27,009 nt of DNA, taken from positions 1 through 27,009 of the IMG/VR virus record IMGVR_UViG_3300038314_001433; one strand, 5' to 3'. This DNA is from a virus (Duplodnaviria > Caudoviricetes). Positions 16,768 to 23,545 of this stretch are shown here, one piece after another; position 1 is the first letter of the stretch, and each line of letters opens with the position of its first letter. The notes beneath the pieces were generated by a model, which was not told the DNA's origin, did not search any database, and saw only the letters and a program-made list of their open reading frames with translations. Position numbers and translations under genes: made by a program.

Positions 16768-17112
16768 TCAGTTCGTGAGCTGAGCCAACAGGGCCTTCTT
16801 CTCCTCAGCGCTGAGAGAGGCAAACTCGTCGCGCACCTTCTCGGCCTTGCTGCGAGCCTTACGCTTCACGCCCGGCTTCCACTCGGAGACAGTCTTCTGA
16901 ATGGCAGCGGCGCTCTTACCGGCTTTTAGACCGTTACGGATGATATCCTGCAGAGCGACGGTCATGCTCGCTTCGGCATTGCTGTTCGTGCAGTCTTCGC
17001 CAAAGAGCTTGATCTTTTCCTCGGTGGTGGCGCCGAAGTCATAGTTGACCGTTACCGGCCCGACGACCTTGCCATCGACCTCGGTCTTGGCAGAAACTTG
17101 TTTGTCCGTCAT
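16768..17112 (-). CDS. Lys/Ala-rich hypothetical protein
   Basis: AAGGA SD, own terminator; similar to the 20341..20781 product. Confidence 0.8.
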   Translation of the reverse strand: MTDKQVSAKTEVDGKVVGPVTVNYDFGATTEEKIKLFGEDCTNSNAEASMTVALQDIIRNGLKAGKSAAAIQKTVSEWKPGVKRKARSKAEKVRDEFASLSAEEKKALLAQLTN

Positions 17113-17179
17113 TCTTCTAAGTCCTTCTTTCGAGTTGGGTTAATTGATTGAGAAAGTCTAAGCGATGTAGGATGGTCGG

Positions 17180-17518
17180 TCAAGTCTTTTCTTCACCTTT
17201 TGCAAATAGACCATCCATTGGGTCGGCGTCGTCCTCCTCTAGCCTACGCGCCACTTCCTCAGCTACGTTTGAAGGCTGTTTTGTACTCTGCTTCTTGGCG
17301 CCACGTGTCTCCATAGTCGGGCATGGCCCTCCGATGGAGCCATCAGGCCACGCAATATCTTGATACCTATATCCACGGAAGATATTAGAGACCGTGGACT
17401 GGGAGCAGCCGAGTTCCATAGCTATTTGCGGCTGACTCATCTTGTTACGAAACAACAACTCTTTGATCCGCAAGACATCCGCTTCGGACAACTGCCTGTA
17501 AGGTGCTCGATACTGCAT
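17180..17518 (-). CDS. helix-turn-helix DNA-binding protein
   Basis: SQPQIAMELGCSQSTVSNI HTH; AAAGGAG SD before ATG 17518; first gene of the leftward operon. Confidence 0.82.
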   Translation of the reverse strand: MQYRAPYRQLSEADVLRIKELLFRNKMSQPQIAMELGCSQSTVSNIFRGYRYQDIAWPDGSIGGPCPTMETRGAKKQSTKQPSNVAEEVARRLEEDDADPMDGLFAKGEEKT

Positions 17519-17543
17519 AGTCACTCCTTTACCAAACATAAGC

Positions 17544-17572
17544 ATTATGACACATAACAACCCAGAGGGCAA
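17544..17572 (-). promoter_or_regulatory. sigma70-type promoter for the leftward operon
   Basis: TTGCCC-N17-CATAAT on the minus strand, about 25 nt before the HTH start. Confidence 0.55.
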
Positions 17573-17613
17573 TGGGCTTGCTACTAAGGGGTGTTATGCT
17601 TGGTAATACTATT

Positions 17614-17875
17614 ATGGTATAATCTAATAGTAATAGAAATGGCCCCATATCCATGCCCCATAAATCCCAACTAGCAAAATCCTAGTTGAGGAGGGCAGGC
17701 AACGAGTTTCCGTTATGCCTCTACACGTGAGTTATAAATATTATATTATTAATATATACATATAGAACAGGACATAACGCACACCCCTAGCCTCCCAAAC
17801 CCCCTAGGATTTTGCTAGTTGATAAAAGTGGGGCATGCATATGGGACGTTTTCTATTAATAAACCACTATACCAT
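17614..17875. repeat. 262-bp spaced palindrome around an AT-rich core; candidate replication origin
   Basis: Five inverted blocks with the same symmetry centre (17744/17745), including a perfect 18-mer at 17668-17685/17804-17821, plus a sixth block offset by 1 nt. Confidence 0.85.
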
Positions 17876-17895
17876 TATACCACACCCACAACCTG

Positions 17896-17924
17896 TTGAC
17901 ATTTTCCATCACTACCCCCATCAT
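17896..17924 (+). promoter_or_regulatory. sigma70-type promoter for the rightward unit
   Basis: TTGACA-N17-CATCAT. Confidence 0.5.
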
Positions 17925-17930
17925 ACCCGT

Positions 17931-18107
17931 ATGACAACTACAAAACCCGTGAGCATCCGCGATCTGTGGGCTGGGCGCATGAACGAGCGCGTTAGCTCCC
18001 GAATGGATCGTATGAACAAGATAAGCGAGGCCAACAATGGCTGTAACAGCGGCGAGACTGAAGGGCGGACGGTTCAGAACACGGAACAAGAACCCGAACA
18101 TTCTTGA
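17931..18107 (+). CDS. hypothetical protein (58 aa), possibly leaderless
   Basis: ATG at the predicted +1 of the TTGACA promoter; no SD; overlaps the next gene. Confidence 0.35.
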   Translation: MTTTKPVSIRDLWAGRMNERVSSRMDRMNKISEANNGCNSGETEGRTVQNTEQEPEHS

Positions 18108-18399
18108 AGGTATAGCCGCGATTGCCGCCTTCATCGGGAAATCGCCCAACACTACGACGAGCTGGATCCTTAATCATGGGCTACCAGCTACCAAGACTCC
18201 TGAAGGCCTATGGTATACGCACAAGGCGCTTATTTTGCAATGGATCTATGCTGGATGGCGTGCAGAGGTGACGGCTCGCAACGGGTCGTTCGATAACGAC
18301 GCAAGGCTTGACCACAAACTGGGCGATATGCTCGAAGAGGAGAACCTTGACGACTTGAGCGATAAGCTATCAGTCAAGGGAAGTGAGCACCCGCTGTGA
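18037..18399 (+). CDS. excisionase/MerR-like winged-HTH DNA-binding protein
   Basis: LEGIAAIAAFIGKSPNTTTSWI...GLPA.K...G.W pattern; GAGG SD. Confidence 0.7.
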   Translation: MAVTAARLKGGRFRTRNKNPNILEGIAAIAAFIGKSPNTTTSWILNHGLPATKTPEGLWYTHKALILQWIYAGWRAEVTARNGSFDNDARLDHKLGDMLEEENLDDLSDKLSVKGSEHPL

Positions 18400-18794
18400 A
18401 GTCAGGCATGGGCAAGAAACGCTTTACCAACGCGGACTTGCTCGACCAGTTCCGCGATTACAACCGACTGCCATTTCTTGAGATTTTGGCTGACCTCATG
18501 CAGGGTGCGCCTACACCAGAGGCTATTGCTGACTTTGCAGAACAGCACCCTGACAGATGGGCGAGCGCGCTCAAAACAGTCGCGCACCTCGGCGGCTTTC
18601 ATGACAAACTCGAAGTGACCCACAATCTCAACTTGCACATCTCCAACCTAGGTGATGCCCAACTCGAAGAGTTGTTGCAAGAGAAGCTGTTAGAACTTGA
18701 AGGCGTGAAAAAAGGCCCCCCCACTTTGGATGGGAAGGCCTTAGTTGTTGAAGTGTTAGAAGAGAAGGAGGCGTTGCCTCCCGACGGCGACTAG
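18396..18794 (+). CDS. putative terminase small subunit
   Basis: Helical core followed by KLEVTHNLNL strand and ISNLGDAQLEELL, a tail pattern typical of TerS; same strand as TerL; no other TerS candidate seen. Confidence 0.45.
   Translation: MKSGMGKKRFTNADLLDQFRDYNRLPFLEILADLMQGAPTPEAIADFAEQHPDRWASALKTVAHLGGFHDKLEVTHNLNLHISNLGDAQLEELLQEKLLELEGVKKGPPTLDGKALVVEVLEEKEALPPDGD
18708..18742 (-). terminator. intrinsic terminator for the leftward early genes, embedded in the opposite-strand CDS
   Basis: AAGGCCUUCCCA-loop-UGGGGGGGCCUU followed by a U run; G-U pairs work only on the minus strand. Confidence 0.65.
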
Positions 18795-19063
18795 CAATCC
18801 TCCTTCGGGGTTAGCCAATCAACCTCTGGTTCCTCAACCGGGTAGAGGGCTTCGGTTGCATAGTTAACAGAGTCTATGATGCGCTTCGCGTTAGAGCACA
18901 CCTCTTCAGGGGTAGCTCCTCGAGCGTCCGCAACATGTGCTCCGTCGGCGCCATATATACTGACGCCATACCAGCCCGCCTTATGTCGCCACACACGGAG
19001 GTCGTACTCCACCCCGCGGATAGCAAACCAGTCATCGGGATACTGCTGGTACGGGTAGGTCAT
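18791..19063 (-). CDS. hypothetical early protein
   Basis: ATGA-coupled to the upstream ORF. Confidence 0.7.
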   Translation of the reverse strand: MTYPYQQYPDDWFAIRGVEYDLRVWRHKAGWYGVSIYGADGAHVADARGATPEEVCSNAKRIIDSVNYATEALYPVEEPEVDWLTPKEDC

Positions 19064-19266
19064 TTGATCGAGACCAACTTGCCATCACGCATCGTACCCT
19101 GTGCGTACCACCTATGCGGTTCAGGGGCATGAGGCCCTTCGAGGTAAACCTTGCCATTCCGAGGCACAGTGCCCAAGAAAGGTTGGAATACCTCGACATG
19201 GCGCCCATCCTTCAGCGCCTGCTTGAGTGCCTTCTTGTGGATAAAGTTAGGCCTGACGTAAGTCAT
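19060..19266 (-). CDS. hypothetical early protein
   Basis: GGAGG SD; YVRPNF..KK.LK, LEGPH.PEPH.WYA. Confidence 0.75.
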   Translation of the reverse strand: MTYVRPNFIHKKALKQALKDGRHVEVFQPFLGTVPRNGKVYLEGPHAPEPHRWYAQGTMRDGKLVSIK

Positions 19267-19401
19267 TATTGATCCTCCAAAAAACGAGCGTTTTCTATTA
19301 ACTGTGGCATTTGACGCTCAAGCAAATGGCCACAGTCCGCACGTGCGTATGCGCCCACCGACGTTGCCGAAGCAACAGCCAGTGAGCACATCATTGGTAA
19401 G

Positions 19402-19809
19402 CTAGCAGCCAAGCGCCCTCTCCATGCGGCACTCAGCTTCGTAAGCCAGCTCATCTCTCTTCTGCTCATCATAAGCAGTCAACTCTTCAGCTGAGCACTT
19501 ATCACGGTCTACAGTAGGCACCACACGATTGCCCTCACACAAGTTGCAAGGCACATCGAAAGCACCCGAGACATAAGCCTCGGTGAAGTCAGGATCGCTG
19601 TACAACTCATCAGCAGTGAGACCACCAGCGTCTATCGAAGGATTAGTCATCGAACCTTCGCCCCCACAACCGGGACATACTTCCCACTTGTAAGCTAACT
19701 CATAGGTCTCTTCCCATCCATTGTCACTCATCACACACAGAGTAGGCTTACGAATAGGCCCCCTCGTGCGTGAATCGTGCCAGTAGTTCCAGTCTTCTAG
19801 GTTGGCCAT
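19402..19809 (-). CDS. protein with DnaJ-type zinc-finger repeats
   Basis: CPGCGGEG and CNLCEGNR; GAGGAGG SD before ATG 19809. Confidence 0.8.
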   Translation of the reverse strand: MANLEDWNYWHDSRTRGPIRKPTLCVMSDNGWEETYELAYKWEVCPGCGGEGSMTNPSIDAGGLTADELYSDPDFTEAYVSGAFDVPCNLCEGNRVVPTVDRDKCSAEELTAYDEQKRDELAYEAECRMERALGC

Positions 19810-19872
19810 GATTAGCCTCCTCAGGTTATAACAAAACAGTAAGGCCACGAATAGCCTACTAATGAATAGGTC

Positions 19873-19899
19873 AAAAAGAAGAGGGCTCGAAAGCCCTCT
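19873..19899 (-). terminator. intrinsic terminator
   Basis: AGAGGGC-UUUCGA-GCCCUCU followed by UCUUUUU. Confidence 0.75.
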
Positions 19900-19916
19900 A
19901 AGTGTTGGTATGACAT

Positions 19917-20282
19917 CTAGAACCTCTCCTCGGTTTTCCAGTTGGTTAGATCACCATCCAAGTAAGCTCGCCATATCGGATATAGCTCACAAACTCCTAG
20001 TATTCTAAGTCTGAGGCGCTCAGCTTCGAAAAGCTCAGCAGAGGTTAGCCGGCTAAGGCCACCCCCCATCAAACCTTTAGTACCAGCATGAACAGTGTAC
20101 TGTTGACCATCTGGATCGTTTATCAAGACAATGTCCGTTCTACGAACAGTCATCTGTCTATCTACTTTCTGCGCCTCTAAGTCTTCTAAGACAGTAGGAC
20201 GCTCACCAGTAGAAGGCTGATAGTAAGCAATCGAGAAGGGATTACTTCTATCGATAAACATTACCGACCTATCATTAGCCAT
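19917..20282 (-). CDS. hypothetical early protein (121 aa)
   Basis: GGAG SD before MANDRS; bracketed by terminators. Confidence 0.7.
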   Translation of the reverse strand: MANDRSVMFIDRSNPFSIAYYQPSTGERPTVLEDLEAQKVDRQMTVRRTDIVLINDPDGQQYTVHAGTKGLMGGGLSRLTSAELFEAERLRLRILGVCELYPIWRAYLDGDLTNWKTEERF

Positions 20283-20292
20283 CTCATTCTCC

Positions 20293-20322
20293 AAAAAAGA
20301 GCCAGGGACCGAAGCCCCTGGC
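20293..20322 (-). terminator. intrinsic terminator
   Basis: GCCAGGGGC-UUCG-GUCCCUGGC followed by UCUUUUUU. Confidence 0.85.
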
Positions 20323-20340
20323 ACACTCACTGTTGCTGGT

Positions 20341-20781
20341 CTACCTGTTCTCAAGGTCGATTTGAGCCTGCAACTCAGCGATTAACGCCGCCTTGTCAGC
20401 AGAGCTCAAAGTTGCGACGCTCTTCTTTGCCTTGGCAATGGGATCGGCTTTGCCTTTCACACTTGTGTCGGGCAGCCACTCCCTCATCAACTCTTTGCAC
20501 TTAGCAATCGAATGCTTGCCACGATAGGCGAGCCAAGCACTTCGCTGCATAATGGGAAGTTGATTATCGATAATGTTTATAAGCCTCTCGGCCCCAAACA
20601 TTGCCCTGGCATGCTTTAGCCTGATATCCGGCGTTTCGCCGGCAGGCGAGAGAGCTTCGAATTCGGCTACCAACTTCTTATCAGCACCCTGACCCTCATG
20701 CTTCTGAACAACTACCAGCTTGGCAGCACCTTCCTTGATAAAAGCTGCTGCACGAGAAGTGGTCACATTACTCGTTGCCAT
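20341..20781 (-). CDS. Lys/Ala-rich hypothetical protein, first early gene
   Basis: AGGAGG SD; similar to the 16768..17112 product. Confidence 0.8.
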   Translation of the reverse strand: MATSNVTTSRAAAFIKEGAAKLVVVQKHEGQGADKKLVAEFEALSPAGETPDIRLKHARAMFGAERLINIIDNQLPIMQRSAWLAYRGKHSIAKCKELMREWLPDTSVKGKADPIAKAKKSVATLSSADKAALIAELQAQIDLENR

Positions 20782-20801
20782 GATGTCCTCCTAGGCAATT
20801 A

Positions 20802-20871
20802 AGAGCAGGCGACCGAAGGCCACCCGCCCTGGGGTTCTAGCCATCTAATTACTAGCTAACTAGTAACTAGA
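20802..20871 (-). promoter_or_regulatory. two tandem hairpins in the 5' leader of the first early gene
   Basis: Stems at 20802-20830 (12-13 bp, four G-U) and 20844-20871 (12 bp, one G-U); wobbles valid on the minus strand. Confidence 0.6.
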
Positions 20872-20910
20872 CAACTACAAAACTAAAAACGATATCAAAC
20901 AGCAACCCAC

Positions 20911-20939
20911 ATTATGCAACAAAACACAACCGCAATCCA
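20911..20939 (-). promoter_or_regulatory. putative early promoter
   Basis: TGGATT-N17-CATAAT; -35 element is non-consensus. Confidence 0.35.
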
Positions 20940-21175
20940 CCGCTACCCGGCCTCTGGCGGATTATTCGGCATGGTGTGACATTTATGCAACACCGCATAA
21001 GACACGCTACTTGTTATTAAAGCAACATATGGTACACGAACAGCTAGTATACTAATCTATGTATTTAGCTAATCCCCGATAACATACCCGATATACATGG
21101 ATTGATTATCTGCCGATAGGTATATGTGTTAGTCTGTCTATCCTAACTATTACTAGCAAGGTAAAGGTAAAGATC

Positions 21176-21358
21176 ATGAAAGACACTGTAGCAAGAATGA
21201 GTGACTTAGAGGTTCGCGTGCTACTCAACTCTCTTACACAGTACCAGGAAGGACTGGAAACTAGCAGGGCAAATGAGAGTGAGCGAGTTATTGCACAGTC
21301 TATTATGACTGAGATCATGGACGCGCTCGATACAGCGGATAGAGACGTTGGCTACTGA
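21176..21358 (+). CDS. 60-aa helical hypothetical protein, stand-alone transcription unit
   Basis: AAGGT SD and its own terminator. Confidence 0.7.
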   Translation: MKDTVARMSDLEVRVLLNSLTQYQEGLETSRANESERVIAQSIMTEIMDALDTADRDVGY

Positions 21359-21388
21359 TTAGCCCAATACCATGTAGCGCACCAACCT

Positions 21389-21414
21389 TGTGGAGTTTCG
21401 GCTCCACATTTTTT
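21389..21414 (+). terminator. intrinsic terminator
   Basis: UGUGGAGU-UUCG-GCUCCACA followed by UUUUUU. Confidence 0.85.
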
Positions 21415-21876
21415 GTCCTAACAGCTAGTATACTCACTGTCAGCTAACAAACCTTGTGGATCATGCGGGTATCATACTACCCAACAGCGACGCACACCCC
21501 CCAACACTAGGTGTTCGTACCCTAGTTGTGAGGCAGCTAACCATGTTGGGGCAACCAACAGCGGGGCGACGAGTGCATGGCTGACGACGTGTGTGCTCAG
21601 CGGTGACGTGGCACCCAGTGGTGATAGTTGTTTGGCTGGGTGATGGTCAGCCTACTAACGAATGAGCGTTCGCGAGCGACGCGCGGCGTAGTGGTGAGCG
21701 CCAGCCAGCGGCCGGCGGCGCCGGCAAGGGGGGTGGAGTATGATACAGGTGTAGAGTTGGATAGGTAGCTCCTGCCCAAAATTGTCTATTTTTTAGCTTT
21801 TCAACTAGGAGCTTCGTTCCAGAGGGTCTACACCCCTCCCATTGCGCGCACGCTCGTACGCTGACAGCCTGTGCGG

Positions 21877-23403
21877 ATGGACTATTCCTCAAGGTCGCTC
21901 TCCGAGCAAACGACCCAGATCGCAGCTGCCATCCTCGATAGGCGCCAAAACGACCCTTTGGAGCTGTTTGAGCCGTTTGGGCCCCAGCGCCTTTTCATTG
22001 AGGCCGTTCTGGGGCGCAAACACAGAGAGAATTACTACATAGGGGCCAACAGGTCGGGCAAATCAGATGCGGGCGCCTATGCAGGGGCGCACCTAGCCCG
22101 ATTTGGCTACGAAAACACTGGATGGTCATACGGAAGGCATGGGACCGAAACAGTCGCGGTGCGCGACAGGGCGACGAGCGGGTGGGTCAGTGCGATTGAC
22201 TATCCCACCTGTCGCGATACCATCCAGCCCAAGTATTTCGATAACGGATATGTGCCGCCCAACTCAACGCACGAGCCCTTCATTCCGCCGCATGAGATAG
22301 AGCATTGGCACTCGTCGGAGAATGTGCTCAAGCTGCGGAACGGCTCCATCATAGGGTTCAAATCAGCGGACTCTGGTCGCCTCAAGTATCAGGGCGCTGA
22401 GAAGGATTGGGTCCACCTTGATGAAGAGCACCCGGAGACGATCTTCGACGAGATTACGATCCGCGTCGGGGCCAAGCCTTTAATCATTTTTACGACTTGC
22501 ACCTTACTTCCCCCCGAAGGGATCGTGGGTGGCATCACTTGGCTCTTTAACAAAGTCATTAAGCCTTGGCAACACGGGAAGCTCGACCGCGTCGGGGTTT
22601 ACAACGCCTCGATATATGACAACCCCCATATTGATCGACGAGAAATCGAGGCGCTCGAAGCCAGGTGGCCCGAAGGCTCGATCCAGAGGCGCATCCGCCT
22701 GGCGGGCGAACTGATCGGTGGGTTGGCCGGCGCCCGGGTTTATTCGGGCTTCGATCATAGGCTAAACGTCAGACCGCAGGGTGAAATCATCCAAAGGCGG
22801 CCCCTCGCCTGGATATGGGATTTCAATGTAGAGCCGATGGTTTCCTTGATTGGCCAACGCAAGCATGAGACCTTCCACATCTTTAAGGAACTTCTCCTCG
22901 AAGAGGGCAACATCGATGAGATGTGCGAATTCTTCCGGTCGTTCCATCCTAAGCACTTGGCCGAAATCTGGGTTTATGGCGATGCCAGTGGGCACAGCCG
23001 AACCGCTCAGACGAAAATGTCTTCCTATCAGATAATCCTTAACTCAATGATCGGCTATCCTGTACCCCTTCGCCTGAAGGTGCCTGACAAGAATCCGTCG
23101 GTGACCGCCCGGGTAAATGCCGTTAACCAGATTTGTCGCTCCACAGAGGGGGTTGCCTCCCTAGAAATCGATCCTTCCTGTGAAGAGTTGATAAACGATC
23201 TGGAGCAGGTCATCGGCGACGGGAAGCAAGGCATCAAGAAGACGTTCAATAAGAAAGATCCCTATTTCCGCCGAACGCATATGAGCGACGCGCTGGGTTA
23301 TTGGATCAACATGGAGAGGCCCGTTCAGCAGATTAATGAACATCAGGGCGGGCGCGCTCCCAGAGTAAAGACCCCTGCTTATGGACGCCGACACAGAGGA
23401 TGA
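21877..23403 (+). CDS. terL: terminase large subunit
   Basis: Q motif, GANRSGKS Walker A, VHLDEE Walker B, YDNPHI, nuclease motifs WDFN, YGDASG, HMSDALGY. Confidence 0.93.
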   Translation: MDYSSRSLSEQTTQIAAAILDRRQNDPLELFEPFGPQRLFIEAVLGRKHRENYYIGANRSGKSDAGAYAGAHLARFGYENTGWSYGRHGTETVAVRDRATSGWVSAIDYPTCRDTIQPKYFDNGYVPPNSTHEPFIPPHEIEHWHSSENVLKLRNGSIIGFKSADSGRLKYQGAEKDWVHLDEEHPETIFDEITIRVGAKPLIIFTTCTLLPPEGIVGGITWLFNKVIKPWQHGKLDRVGVYNASIYDNPHIDRREIEALEARWPEGSIQRRIRLAGELIGGLAGARVYSGFDHRLNVRPQGEIIQRRPLAWIWDFNVEPMVSLIGQRKHETFHIFKELLLEEGNIDEMCEFFRSFHPKHLAEIWVYGDASGHSRTAQTKMSSYQIILNSMIGYPVPLRLKVPDKNPSVTARVNAVNQICRSTEGVASLEIDPSCEELINDLEQVIGDGKQGIKKTFNKKDPYFRRTHMSDALGYWINMERPVQQINEHQGGRAPRVKTPAYGRRHRG

Positions 23404-23545
23404 TGTACACATATGCCGGATGTGCGGGAATGATCTGTTGCGTGCCCACTGGGATATAGGCATCTGTGCTTGGTGTGTCCTTAACGAAACCGTTAATCGC
23501 ATAAGTGTGCCTACAATCCGCCATAGGCGGCATGAGGAGCTTTAG
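23381..23545 (+). CDS. 54-aa zinc-finger ORF (CRMC-x13-CAWC) between terL and portal
   Basis: MDADTEDDVHICRMCGNDLLRAHWDIGICAWCV...; overlaps terL end; stop abuts the portal ATG. Confidence 0.55.
   Translation: MDADTEDDVHICRMCGNDLLRAHWDIGICAWCVLNETVNRISVPTIRHRRHEEL

Larger units (their letters stand above)
21039..21434. repeat. 15-bp direct repeat AACAGCTAGTATACT flanking a lone gene
   Basis: Exact copies at 21039-21053 and 21420-21434. Confidence 0.85.

Noticed and set aside
2-17557. Plus-strand track ORFs in the left part (e.g. 2..586, 3335..3985, 6397..6984, 7915..8427)
   Set aside because: Antisense shadows of well-supported minus-strand genes, with no motifs
19266-19472. 68-aa minus-strand ORF
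   Set aside because: Large overlap with the zinc-finger gene and no motif; a shorter version from 19394 is possible but unsupported
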